A stretch of 64,000 nt of DNA, taken from positions 101,808 to 165,807 of the forward strand of contig JAIQGL010000006.1 in the NCBI GenBank assembly GCA_020072585.1, given 5' to 3'. Positions within the stretch are counted from its first letter, which is position 1. The number at the start of each line of letters is the position of its first letter. This document shows, one piece after another, positions 16,906 to 26,585 of the stretch. The notes under the pieces are model-generated. The model did no database searches. It was not told the origin of the DNA and was given only the letters and a program-made list of their open reading frames with translations. The translations under genes and the position numbers were made by a program. The DNA is from Terriglobia bacterium (GTDB lineage: Bacteria > Acidobacteriota > Terriglobia > Terriglobales > Acidobacteriaceae).

Positions 16906-18275
16906 GTGCTCCAACGCCGATACCGTACTATCGTCCTCGCCCGCGCTCCATTTTCGGGCCGCTGGTTCTGATCACGATTGGAGTTATTTTCCTGCTGCGC
17001 ACCACCGGGCTCATTCCCTACGGTGCTTTCCACAACTGGTTCGTGCACTACTGGCCGTTATTGTTGATCTTTTGGGGCGGAGCCAAACTGCTTGAGCACT
17101 TGTGGGCCAGGCATCGTGGCGAACCCACGCCGCGAATAGGTGCAGGCGGCATAGTCTTCCTGGTCTTCTTCATCATGGCCGGCATGGCCGCTACGGAAAC
17201 CAGTGGTTGGAACTGGAGCGGCATGCGCACTGATCTCGGCGTGGACTCTGACTGGGGAAACTGGTTCGCCAACCGCTATGAGTTTACTGATAATTTTGCC
17301 CAGCCTCTGCAATCCGGAACAGAAATGAAGATCCTCTCCGCCCAGGGCGACATCAACGTGACCGCGAGTGAAGACGACCAGATTCACGCAGTGGTGCATA
17401 AAGCCTTGCGCAGCGATTCACAGGAGAGCGCCAACCGCCTGAACGAATCCACTCGTCCAAAGTTCACGCAGCAAGGAAGCGTATGGCTGCTGGACCTTAC
17501 CAGCGGTGACTTTGAAAACGCGCGCTTTGATCTGGATCTGCAGGTGCCGCGCAAGGTTGCACTCTCCATGTCAACGCGGCGTGGCAGCCTTAGCGTTTCA
17601 CAGAGAGACGGCAATGTAGATCTCACCACGGATCGTGGCAACCTTAGCGCTGAAAACGTAAAAGGAAGCGCGTTGCTGCATGTGCGCCACGGCTCCGTCA
17701 ACGTAAAAGATGTGACCGGCAACGTGCAGGTGGATGGCGAAGTCGAGGATGGAACTATTTCAGACGTGACCGGTACGCTCGATTTCGATGCCGGCTACAA
17801 CGGCAATGTCCAGCTCTCGCATATCGGGCAGCGGCTCCATTTCAAGTCAGTCCGCACAGACCTGCAACTGGCCAAGCTGGATGGAGAGATCAACATGGGC
17901 CACGGCGATCTCCGGGCAAGCTCCGTTACCGGCCCCGTCAAGCTGAACACGCGATCGAATGAAGTCCATTTTGAAGATGTGAGCGGCCAGGTTGAAGTTG
18001 AGAACCGCAACGGCCTGGTTGAGATTCGTCCCATCGCGCCGATGGGAAATATTGACGTCAGCAATGAACGCGGCGGCATACAGCTCGATCTGCCTGAAAA
18101 AGCCAGCTTCCGGCTGGATGCACAAAGTAGAAACGGCAACATTGATGTAAGCGACTTCAGCGTGAACGTGGACAACAGAAGCCAGGACGCTACGGCGCGC
18201 GGCTCAGTCGGCAAGGGTGGCCCCGATATCCGCCTGCGAGCGGACCGCGGTACGATTCAGATCCGCAAACAGTAG
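16902..18275 (+). CDS. Membrane-anchored DUF4097-like beta-helix repeat protein (putative adhesin / LiaG-like)
   Basis: ATGA overlap with the upstream gene. N-terminal TM helices followed by repeated G(D/N)(I/V)x(V/L) strands (GDINVTA, GNVDLTT, GSVNVKD, GNVQVDG, GNIDVSN, GTIQIRK). Confidence 0.65.
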   Translation: MSAPTPIPYYRPRPRSIFGPLVLITIGVIFLLRTTGLIPYGAFHNWFVHYWPLLLIFWGGAKLLEHLWARHRGEPTPRIGAGGIVFLVFFIMAGMAATETSGWNWSGMRTDLGVDSDWGNWFANRYEFTDNFAQPLQSGTEMKILSAQGDINVTASEDDQIHAVVHKALRSDSQESANRLNESTRPKFTQQGSVWLLDLTSGDFENARFDLDLQVPRKVALSMSTRRGSLSVSQRDGNVDLTTDRGNLSAENVKGSALLHVRHGSVNVKDVTGNVQVDGEVEDGTISDVTGTLDFDAGYNGNVQLSHIGQRLHFKSVRTDLQLAKLDGEINMGHGDLRASSVTGPVKLNTRSNEVHFEDVSGQVEVENRNGLVEIRPIAPMGNIDVSNERGGIQLDLPEKASFRLDAQSRNGNIDVSDFSVNVDNRSQDATARGSVGKGGPDIRLRADRGTIQIRKQ

Positions 18276-18316
18276 TTGAGTTGCTGCATCCGCGCACAAA
18301 AGTGAAGCCCAGGCAT

Positions 18317-19054
18317 TCATGCCTGCATTTCAGACCGCTGGATACGTGAAAGCCTGGCGTCAATCAGCTCCACTGCGCGGGCCAGCACCTGGTCAAGCGT
18401 GAGATAGGTTGAGTCAATCAGCACCGCGTCTGGCGCGGGCGCCAGCGGAGAGTTGGCGCGAGTACGGTCACGCTGGTCACGCGCATGCAACTCAGCCACA
18501 ACAGACGCTTCATGCGCGGCTGAAGCCGGGTTCTCCAGAAAGCGCCGGGTGCCGCGAATTTCCGGCGCCGCATCCAGAAAGATTTTCACTTCGGCGTCAG
18601 GAAAAACTTTGGTGCCGATATCGCGTCCTTCCATCACGATGCCGCCACCGGCTCCCATTTTGCGCTGGCTGTCCACCATCCATTCCCGTACCAGCGGATG
18701 GACGGAAACTTTGGAGGCGGCATCCGTCACTTCCTGGCTGCGCAAACGTTCGGTCACGTCTGCGCCGTCCAGCAGCACGCGGTTGCCTTCTGGTCGTGGC
18801 ACCAGTTCAATCCGTGACTGCTGGGCCAGTGCCGCCAATTTCGCTCCATCCTCCAGCGGGATGCCGTGCTCAATCGCCTTGAACGCCAGCACGCGATACA
18901 TGGCGCCGGTTTCAATGTTGATGTAATTGTATTTTCGCGCCAGCAGCGCGGCCAAAGTGCTCTTGCCTGACCCGGCAGGCCCGTCAATGGCAATCACAAG
19001 TCTTTTGCCCCCAGGATTGGATTTACCTTCCACGACCGGCACGCGGTCACCCAT
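18317..19054 (-). CDS. cmk: Cytidylate kinase
   Basis: P-loop IAIDGPAGSGKST followed by GAMYR and the conserved RDxRD segment. Confidence 0.9.
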   Translation of the reverse strand: MGDRVPVVEGKSNPGGKRLVIAIDGPAGSGKSTLAALLARKYNYINIETGAMYRVLAFKAIEHGIPLEDGAKLAALAQQSRIELVPRPEGNRVLLDGADVTERLRSQEVTDAASKVSVHPLVREWMVDSQRKMGAGGGIVMEGRDIGTKVFPDAEVKIFLDAAPEIRGTRRFLENPASAAHEASVVAELHARDQRDRTRANSPLAPAPDAVLIDSTYLTLDQVLARAVELIDARLSRIQRSEMQA

Positions 19055-19913
19055 GATGGCGGCTCCGTTGTTGGTCTGGTGGCGGCGTCATACGGATGAG
19101 TGTCTTTGTCCCGATGGTCACAAAGCTCAGTTCTCGCGCCTGCAAAAGTGCATTCACGGCATCGCGGACCTTCGAGCGCGAAGTCAGATGAGACAGGAAC
19201 TGCTCAACATCTTCCTGTTCCGCGGCCACCACCGTCTCAAGATACTTGCTCACCAGCGCGGAGATTGCTTCCGGCAGGGAGATGTTGATGCCTTCCTTCA
19301 CCGCCTCAGGCGCCCAGCGATAGAGCACGTCCCAGGAAGCGCCTCCGCTCGGACTGTAATCGACGCGAGTGATCTTCAGGATCGACCACAGCTCGCCCAG
19401 CGCGCGGTCTAGCGCCGCCTGGCTGCTTTCTCTCCCTACATGCTCCTGTAACTGGGTCTTGCTCAACGGCCCGTGTTTTTGCAGCGCCGCAAATACGCTG
19501 GCGGAAAGCTCGGAAACCGCCGCGCCTTGCGCCTTTGTCCTGGGCGGCGCTTTCGGCGTGCGGTCGCCGACGATTGCATAAAAGAAAGGGAACGATGCGG
19601 CGGAAATGATCAGGTTCGAGTCGCCGGAGAATTTCATTTCAAACGCGGAGCGCTCTCGCAGCAGCCGCACCATCAGCTCTGTTGCCTGCTGCGCGCGCGG
19701 GTCCGCAAAAGCATGCCTGGCGTCCGGCAGTCCCGCGGTGGAACCTATATGCGCGCCGATGAAACTTGGTATCAGCGGCGCTGAGCGCTCTGGATAGGTA
19801 ACGCAAAACCCAACGGCATCCAGGAATGCGCGCGCGTCTTCCACCGTGCGCACGGCATTGCCGTCAATGCGCCAGAGCCGGGCCCGCTGCTGTTCAAGTT
19901 CTTGTTCGGTCAT
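19047..19913 (-). CDS. Hypothetical winged-helix protein (possibly AlkZ/YcaQ-like); overlaps the cmk start by 8 nt
   Basis: 288 aa. The wHTH-like segment LSKTQLQEHVGRESSQAALDRALGELW is the only feature seen; no firm family assignment is possible by eye. Confidence 0.45.
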   Translation of the reverse strand: MTEQELEQQRARLWRIDGNAVRTVEDARAFLDAVGFCVTYPERSAPLIPSFIGAHIGSTAGLPDARHAFADPRAQQATELMVRLLRERSAFEMKFSGDSNLIISAASFPFFYAIVGDRTPKAPPRTKAQGAAVSELSASVFAALQKHGPLSKTQLQEHVGRESSQAALDRALGELWSILKITRVDYSPSGGASWDVLYRWAPEAVKEGINISLPEAISALVSKYLETVVAAEQEDVEQFLSHLTSRSKVRDAVNALLQARELSFVTIGTKTLIRMTPPPDQQRSRHHG

Positions 19914-20203
19914 TTGAAATTAGAAATCTTCTCATTCGTCGATCGGAGGCCAGCGCTTGTGCCCCATGCAATAACCTTGCTATCTCAACGGCGTCTTCCC
20001 TTACACGATATACCACGACAAACGGAAGCGGCGAAAGAGGTAACTCCACGCGGCCAGGGCGACCACGATTAGGAAACACCTTCCGCAACAGCTTGGTAAA
20101 TAGTGCGTGCAACACGCAAAGCCGCAGGAGAGTTGTCTTGCCTGATGTACTGAATCATCGCTGTGAAATCAGCAGCGGCTTCAGGAGACCAGTGAATCTC
20201 CAT
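19894..20203 (-). pseudogene. ParE/RelE-family toxin, apparently frameshifted
   Basis: N-terminal 44 codons (MEIHWSPEAAADFTAMIQYIRQDNSPAALRVARTIYQAVAEGVS-stop, 20069..20203) start with a TGATG overlap on the antitoxin stop. The canonical C-terminus (FPNRGRPGRVE...PFVVVYRVREDAVEIARLLHGAQ) is in another frame (19894..20115). Confidence 0.55.
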
Positions 20204-20427
20204 CAGGGATGAAACATCCGTTCAATACGAGCAACTACGTCATCGTGATCGATGAATTCACCGCCATCCAACTGCTCAAGTCCCTTGTGGACTTCGCCTC
20301 TGAACCATTGGTCATGGTCGATGTAGGTTTGCACAATCTCTTGAACAAGCTGCTCCGCCCCGCGTCCATTCTCTGACGCAATGCGTTTAAGCTCGACTTC
20401 AAATTCAGGGCTAAAGCGGACTTCCAT
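20203..20427 (-). CDS. Type II antitoxin (ParD/RHH-like)
   Basis: 74 aa acidic protein immediately upstream of, and overlapping, the ParE-like reading frame. Confidence 0.6.
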   Translation of the reverse strand: MEVRFSPEFEVELKRIASENGRGAEQLVQEIVQTYIDHDQWFRGEVHKGLEQLDGGEFIDHDDVVARIERMFHP

Positions 20428-20473
20428 GTTGGTATTTTAGCGCAGGCCGTGTCATTTGCAGCAAATACGGGTG

Positions 20474-22432
20474 CTAGATCCTCTTAAACGCCTTCTGTAT
20501 CTCCTTGACAGAATACCGCAATACCACCGGACGCCCATGCGGACACGTCATTGGAGCCTCTGTTTTTGCCAGCTCTTTCAGCAGCCACTCCATTTTATTC
20601 TGTTCCAGCGGCATATTGATCTTGATGGCCGCGTGGCAGGCAATGCTGGCCGCGATCTTCGCCCTGATCTTCTCCAGGTTCAGCACCTGTTTCTCCTGCT
20701 CGAACTGGTCCAGCAGCTCCACCAGCATCTTCTCCACGTCGGCGGGGCGGACGCCGCCCGGAGCGGTCTTTATGGCGATAGTTCGCGTCCCAAAAAGCTC
20801 AACCTCAAATCCATTGCGGCGCAGCTCTTCAGAAATCTCGGCAAAGACCGCCTGCTGCCCCGGAGTGAGCTCCACAATCAGGGGCATCAACAGCCTCTGG
20901 CCATCCTGCGCTGCGCCGGTTTGCCCGCGTTCCCGCAGGATCTTCTCAAACAGCACACGCTCATGCGCCACGTGCTGGTCGATGATCCAAAGCCCGTCAG
21001 CATTGACCGCCAAAATAAATGAATCCCGCACCTGCCCCAGCGGCTTCAAGCTGGCCAGCGCCAGCTGGTCGATCACAGCTTGCGGTTCATCCTGAAGCAC
21101 ATTGCCACAGGCATCGGCATGCCCGTTGACGCTTTCAACGCCACTCTGCGTCAGGGAGGGCGCACTAATAGGCCCAAAACCGCTCACAGCCATGTTGGCA
21201 TCCACGGCAATGGGAGTACCGCCAAACTGCAGGCGTTCATTCATCAGCGGCAGTGTCTCCGGCCGCAGTGTAAATTCATTGCCCGCACCGGCCAGCATCT
21301 GCGCCCCAGGGCTCAGACCGGGCGAAGCCGTTGGCTGTGCCGTAATCTCCCGCGTAAATTCCGGCATCGGACGCGCCTTGATCAACGCTGAACGGACTGA
21401 CTCGCGCACAAAATCGTGCACCAGCGCATTCTGCCGGAACCTGACTTCGGTCTTTGACGGATGAACGTTGGCGTCAACCTCTTCATTGGGCAGCTCGATG
21501 AACAGCAGCACCACGGGAAAGACCGTCGGCGGCAGAATGTTGCGATAGCCCTCGATAATTGCATGCTGGGCCATCCGGTCCCGGATCAGCCGGCCATTTA
21601 CAAAAACAAAAATGGAGTTCCGGTTCAGCTTCTGCAGCTCTGGCTTGGAAATGAATCCGTGCAGACGTATGTCGCCGGGGACCGGCGGCTGATAGTCTTC
21701 CCCTCTGCGCCATGGCGGAGGTTCCGGTATTCCTGCCCGCTCCAGTTTCATGGCGGCGGCCAGGGGAACAAGCTGGTCCAGCGTTTCACGGCCAAAGATC
21801 TGGTAAATGCGGTCGGAGTGTGAGGCCACCGGCGCGGCCACCAGCATGGCTTCCGTGGCCGAGTGCAGCTCAAAATGCTTTTCTGGATGCGCCAGCGCAT
21901 AATGCGTCACCAGTGAAGCGATGTGCGAAAGCTCCGTTGACTCCGCCTTCAGGAACTTCTTGCGCGCCGGAGTATTGAAGAAAAGGTCGCGCACCGCCAG
22001 CGAAGTTCCGTGCGGCAGTCCTGCTTCCTCCACGCGCAGGATCTTCCCGCCGGCAATCTCCAGCACCGTACCTCCGTCTTCCTCCGCATCGCGGGTCTCC
22101 AGCAGCACGCGTGCCACTGAGGCGATAGAGGGCAGCGCTTCACCGCGAAAACCCAGCGTGTGTATGTTCAGCAGGTCTTCAGCATCCTTGATCTTGGAAG
22201 TCGCGTGCCGTTCAAAGGCCAGCAGCGCATCATCCCGCACCATGCCGCAGCCGTTGTCGGTCACCTGGATCAGCTTCTTGCCGCCCGCTTCCACCTGCAC
22301 GCGGATACGCGTGGCCCCGGCATCCAGGGAGTTCTCCAGCAACTCCTTGAGCACGGAAGCGGGACGCTCCACCACCTCCCCTGCGGCGATCTTGTTGGCA
22401 ACGTTTTCTGAAAGTACGTGGATGCGGCCCAT
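20474..22432 (-). CDS. mutL: DNA mismatch repair protein MutL
   Basis: N-terminal GHKL ATPase motifs (VANKIAAGEVVERPASVLKELLENSLDAG, DNGCGM, GFRGEAL) and a C-terminal dimerisation/endonuclease domain. Confidence 0.95.
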   Translation of the reverse strand: MGRIHVLSENVANKIAAGEVVERPASVLKELLENSLDAGATRIRVQVEAGGKKLIQVTDNGCGMVRDDALLAFERHATSKIKDAEDLLNIHTLGFRGEALPSIASVARVLLETRDAEEDGGTVLEIAGGKILRVEEAGLPHGTSLAVRDLFFNTPARKKFLKAESTELSHIASLVTHYALAHPEKHFELHSATEAMLVAAPVASHSDRIYQIFGRETLDQLVPLAAAMKLERAGIPEPPPWRRGEDYQPPVPGDIRLHGFISKPELQKLNRNSIFVFVNGRLIRDRMAQHAIIEGYRNILPPTVFPVVLLFIELPNEEVDANVHPSKTEVRFRQNALVHDFVRESVRSALIKARPMPEFTREITAQPTASPGLSPGAQMLAGAGNEFTLRPETLPLMNERLQFGGTPIAVDANMAVSGFGPISAPSLTQSGVESVNGHADACGNVLQDEPQAVIDQLALASLKPLGQVRDSFILAVNADGLWIIDQHVAHERVLFEKILRERGQTGAAQDGQRLLMPLIVELTPGQQAVFAEISEELRRNGFEVELFGTRTIAIKTAPGGVRPADVEKMLVELLDQFEQEKQVLNLEKIRAKIAASIACHAAIKINMPLEQNKMEWLLKELAKTEAPMTCPHGRPVVLRYSVKEIQKAFKRI

Positions 22433-22632
22433 GGGTTTTCATTCCGAGCGCCGGCCGGCACGAGGATGCTTTCTTCCAGCATGCCGGGCCATGAGGCGGG
22501 GAATCCCTATAGTAAATGGTTCTGCGCTCGACCGGTCGGTTCAATCCCTCGAAAACCGTATCAGTACCGCGAGCCGCTTAAAGCCTTGCCATGCTGAGCG
22601 CGTGTTCTCACAATACGACATGGATCGTGACA

Positions 22633-23079
22633 CTAAATACGCGATGGTCCCGCATACCTCTTTTTCTTTTCCATGAACTGATCACGGAAGCTGCGGTATG
22701 CGTCTTCTGTATCAAGGTGATTGCGAAATAAATTCTCGAACCCCAGAAAAGATTCCACTGACATCCAGCGATACAGATCGTCAGAAATCTTGGGGTCGAG
22801 TGGAATGTCTTCGATCAGACCCACTGCGGTAGCGCTGGATAAGTCGGTTTCGACATCATCGGTCTGAGGCTGCGCAAAACACCATGCGGCATAGTCATAG
22901 ATCCGTCCGATCAAGTCGTCATTGATCGGCTGTTCTTTGTACGAGTTCGCAAGCAGACCAAACAGGTCAATCCATAAATCGGTGGGTGAATTGTAATCAC
23001 GATTCTGGGATGTTTTGTCCAGTAGTTCTGGAAAAGACTCCCGCGCTTTGGTGAGCCAATCTTCCATACGAGTCCACAA
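22633..23079 (-). CDS. Hypothetical acidic protein (148 aa), visibly more AT-rich than its neighbours
   Basis: Open frame only; no recognisable motif. Confidence 0.45.
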   Translation of the reverse strand: MWTRMEDWLTKARESFPELLDKTSQNRDYNSPTDLWIDLFGLLANSYKEQPINDDLIGRIYDYAAWCFAQPQTDDVETDLSSATAVGLIEDIPLDPKISDDLYRWMSVESFLGFENLFRNHLDTEDAYRSFRDQFMEKKKRYAGPSRI

Positions 23080-23152
23080 GCTTCGTCAATTTCAACAGCG
23101 GCGGACTGCACGCGATGATTCCCGCCCCTTTGTGCCCTCTGCGGTAGAAACC

Positions 23153-24823
23153 TTACTTCGCGGCCGTATTCAGCGCAGGCGCTGGATACTGCGGCAGTTT
23201 TTCCCGCGTACGGTTGGCGCGCTGGATTTCCAGTTCACCGAACAAAAGGGATGGAGCAATGATCGCGCTGGGCAACGGTTCTGCGCGATTGTAGACGTAA
23301 GCGTCGCTCCCTGTGGCCACAATGTCATTGCGCAGGGCGCGCGTATCGAGCTGCTTGAACACCGCGCCGCGCACCAGTTCCATGTGGCCATCGCTCACGT
23401 AGACGCGCCACAAGAGGCGCGGTGAGAGCTGCGGCCCCGTGGTTTCCACGTAGTAGCCGTATGGGCGTCCCTGATCTTTGCACATCTGGATCAGCTTCTT
23501 CTTTAACTCTTCCACCGGCACGCTGTTGCTGGCCTTAAAGATCAGGTTGGAAATCTGCGGACGTGGCGCTGCCACCAGCGCTGACCTGCCGTGTCCGTTG
23601 GAGTGCGGAAAGTCGCGGATAGGCTCGCGCCCCAGAAGATAGTTTGTCAGTACGCCTTTCTCAATCACCGTGACTTTCTGCGCTTCCACGCCTTCATCAT
23701 CCACGTCATAGGTGCCGGCCAGTGTCTGGTGGTCAGTCTCCTTGGCCTTTGGATCATCCACCACGGTGAACGCCGCGGGAAGGACCGGGCTTTTGTAGTA
23801 CGACGCAAACTCGCCGTTCGTACGTGCCGGATTTCCCAGATCAGGGCGCACGCCAAGGATGTTCGGCACGATCAGCCGCTCAAACAGTGAAGTCGCCGCG
23901 TCCGCTGAGAACAGCACCGGCCCGCGATAATCATCTTCCACCAGAGGCGCTTTCTTCAGGGCCTTGAAGCTTCCGATCAGCTGTTTCGCTTCTTTCTCAA
24001 TCTCGTCCGCCTTGGGCAGTTCATCAGCTTTGGTCACGACCCAGCCGTGGCTGCGTTCCAGGTGCATGCCGTCATCCGCCTGGTCAGAACCGGAAAAAAG
24101 GAACGTATAAATCGTTCTGCCATTCCGAGCTACCGTGCCCTCAGTGTTGACAAAATAGCGGTTCAACACGCGGAAGTTCAGAAACGCGCTGCTCATCTCC
24201 AGGCTTGGATCGGCACGGAAAAGATCAGATGTGGTCCGAAGCGTCTGTTGCCATTTGTCCAGATCAACATCGAGCCTGGCCAGATCGCGGACGGACTGCG
24301 CGGGCTTCTCTTCAGAAAAATCCGCCAGGTCATTTTCTGTCTCCACGTTTTTGAGCGCGGCCTGTTTTTCCGTAAGGCCGCTCAGCGCGGATTTGTATGC
24401 TTTGTCCGTGGCCAGCCAGAGCTGGCGGCGCATCGCCAGTTCGTCGTTGTCAGTGGGCATTACCTCCGCGGCGCCCATGCCTTCACCGAAATAGCTGTCC
24501 TGTTTGTAGTCGCCAATGCGCACCACTACCCGCACCAGCCGGCCGCTGTTGATCTGGTTGGTGCGTAATGCGCCTAACGTCGCATCGGCAATATTGTCCT
24601 GAATTTCCGTGACCTGGTAGTCGATGTAGTACGGCCTCTGCAATTGTCCGAGCTGCAATTTTTCCTGCGAGCGCTTAAGCTCCGCAAGCATCGCTTTCAA
24701 TACCGCGTCGCCATGGTCATTCGATGAAACGGAAGCAGCCGGCGCGGCCGCCGTACTATCATCCGCCAGCGCGGCTGCGGAAAGAACAACCAAAAGAAGA
24801 ACTGCGGGAATCAGGCGGCGCAT
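23153..24823 (-). CDS. Secreted TldD/PmbA-family protein (PmbA-like partner, no HExxxH seen)
   Basis: Signal peptide MRRLIPAVLLLVVLSAAALA. SNGHGR and C-terminal TldD/PmbA-type motifs. The start overlaps the upstream stop (TAATG). Confidence 0.75.
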   Translation of the reverse strand: MRRLIPAVLLLVVLSAAALADDSTAAAPAASVSSNDHGDAVLKAMLAELKRSQEKLQLGQLQRPYYIDYQVTEIQDNIADATLGALRTNQINSGRLVRVVVRIGDYKQDSYFGEGMGAAEVMPTDNDELAMRRQLWLATDKAYKSALSGLTEKQAALKNVETENDLADFSEEKPAQSVRDLARLDVDLDKWQQTLRTTSDLFRADPSLEMSSAFLNFRVLNRYFVNTEGTVARNGRTIYTFLFSGSDQADDGMHLERSHGWVVTKADELPKADEIEKEAKQLIGSFKALKKAPLVEDDYRGPVLFSADAATSLFERLIVPNILGVRPDLGNPARTNGEFASYYKSPVLPAAFTVVDDPKAKETDHQTLAGTYDVDDEGVEAQKVTVIEKGVLTNYLLGREPIRDFPHSNGHGRSALVAAPRPQISNLIFKASNSVPVEELKKKLIQMCKDQGRPYGYYVETTGPQLSPRLLWRVYVSDGHMELVRGAVFKQLDTRALRNDIVATGSDAYVYNRAEPLPSAIIAPSLLFGELEIQRANRTREKLPQYPAPALNTAAK

Positions 24824-26568
24824 TAGCGGACCTCCGGCTTGGTGATGTATTGCTGGTTCGCGACCTGGGCTTTGTCTGGGCCCGGAGGCGGCAGCACCGG
24901 CGGTCGCTCATGTCCCTGCGCCACTTTCTCAACTTCAATCTCGGAAAACAGCATGGCTGGAGCGGCCGCGGCCACGGGGATGGATCCTGACTCCGCGCCG
25001 CACTCGCCATTAAAAATGTCCATCTTCTGTCCTGTCACCACGATCCTGTTCAGCGCATTCAGCGGCGTGCCAATGATGTTTACGCCACGCACCAGTTCAT
25101 CCGGACGCCCGTCTGGATACACCTTCCACACCATCAGCGGCATCACCTGGAACGCCTGCGGCAGGTTGCGCATAGTCAGGGTGAACCCGCCGGCTATATC
25201 TTCAAAATAGAGCCCAAAAGGCTTCTTCTGTTTCTTGATCTCGTTGATCAACTCCTGGCGTAGCTGCCCGTCCGCCACCGTCTTGTTGGAGCGGACAATC
25301 AGGTTCCCCTGACGCCCCACCGGCATCAATCCGCTCTGTCCGCGGCCATGCCCGTTGGACTGTAAGAAGCCCTTCACCGGCATGCGCGACATCAGAAACT
25401 GTTTCAGCACGCCGTTCTGAATCAGCTCCACCCGCCGGCTCTTCTCGCCTTCTTCGTCATAGCTGTAATTGCCGCTCAGCTCCACGCCATCCAGCGTGGC
25501 CAGCGTGGGATCGTCTTCCACGCTCAAAAACTTCGGCAGCACCGGCTGCCCCACCATCTTGGTAAAGGTCTGGCCTTCATTTTCGCCGCGCTGGCGCTGG
25601 CCTTCCAGCCGATGGCCCACAACTTCATGGAAGAACACCGCGGCGGCGCGCCCTGAAAGCAGCGCCGGGCCGTTGAAGGGCTCAACCACCGGGGCCTTCT
25701 TAAGCTTCTGCAGATCTTGTGCAATTTTCTCGATCTTCGCCGCCATCGCCTGCTCCGGTGCAAGCTTGTCAAACGTAGAGGCGTCAAACGTTTCTGACCG
25801 CGCCAGCTCCATCCCGTCCGCGGAGCGCGTGCTTCCCAGCGCCAGCACGCGGATCAGCGGCCGTGAGCTCACCAGGCGTGAACCTTCACTGGAAACGAAA
25901 TAGCGTGTTGCATCCTGCACCAGAAGCACCACGGTAGAGTTTTCAATATCAGGATATTTGGTGAAGATCGCCGACAGCCGGCGGACCCTGTCTTCCCATT
26001 CGCGCTGATCAAACTTGGGCGGGACGCTTTCCTTGCCGATATAAACCTGCGGCTTTTCCGTCGAGAAATCCGGAGAAGAATCTTCTTCGTCAGCCCGTAC
26101 CTTCGTGTTTGTCTTTATTTCAATAAATCCCTGCGCGGCCTTCTTGTACATGCGGTCCGTGTTGATCCACAGCACACGCGCAATGGCATCAGGCCGGTCT
26201 TCCAGCGGCAGAGAAGCCGTGGTTACCGCGTTGAAGCGGTTCTCGCCGTGCGTGTTGTCCAGGTCGCGGCCACCCACGCGGACGGAAACATCCACGGTCC
26301 GTTCATGCCGCTTGATGTTGGCCATCAGCGCGCCTTGGCTGGCCATAATGACGGAGCCAAACTCCTCATTCCCCGCATAGCTGATGAAATACGGAGCAGG
26401 ATCGGCCTTGCTCAGCGAACTCATGGCGCGGTCAAGTTCCTGCTGAAGGGTGTGCAGCAATACCGGGTCACTGGCATCTGCCGCGGCAGTCTGCCCCAGC
26501 AACGCCGGCGCGGACAAAGCCAGTAAAAGAGAGAGAAATAAGGACTTCACGGATGACATGGCTAACAC
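24823..26568 (-). CDS. Secreted TldD/PmbA-family metallopeptidase (TldD-like, HExxxH present)
   Basis: Signal peptide. HEVVGHRLEG zinc motif. SNGHGR motif. Confidence 0.8.
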   Translation of the reverse strand: MLAMSSVKSLFLSLLLALSAPALLGQTAAADASDPVLLHTLQQELDRAMSSLSKADPAPYFISYAGNEEFGSVIMASQGALMANIKRHERTVDVSVRVGGRDLDNTHGENRFNAVTTASLPLEDRPDAIARVLWINTDRMYKKAAQGFIEIKTNTKVRADEEDSSPDFSTEKPQVYIGKESVPPKFDQREWEDRVRRLSAIFTKYPDIENSTVVLLVQDATRYFVSSEGSRLVSSRPLIRVLALGSTRSADGMELARSETFDASTFDKLAPEQAMAAKIEKIAQDLQKLKKAPVVEPFNGPALLSGRAAAVFFHEVVGHRLEGQRQRGENEGQTFTKMVGQPVLPKFLSVEDDPTLATLDGVELSGNYSYDEEGEKSRRVELIQNGVLKQFLMSRMPVKGFLQSNGHGRGQSGLMPVGRQGNLIVRSNKTVADGQLRQELINEIKKQKKPFGLYFEDIAGGFTLTMRNLPQAFQVMPLMVWKVYPDGRPDELVRGVNIIGTPLNALNRIVVTGQKMDIFNGECGAESGSIPVAAAAPAMLFSEIEVEKVAQGHERPPVLPPPGPDKAQVANQQYITKPEVR

Positions 26569-26585
26569 TGAGTGTACCTCAAGCT

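Noticed and set aside
22440-22640. Extra family-1 repeat copy downstream of mutL (TTCCGAGCG...GGGGAATCCCTATAG)
   Set aside because: Only short fragments match and the arm core AGCGAGGGA is missing, so it is too degenerate to call.
20456-22676. Long plus-strand ORFs antisense to mutL (188-251 aa), and similar shadow ORFs inside gcvP, the Moco subunit, the S8 peptidase and the permease
   Set aside because: These are typical GC-rich antisense shadow frames. They are Arg/Ala/Ser/Pro-rich with no motifs, and each lies fully inside a gene with strong homology-type motifs on the other strand.
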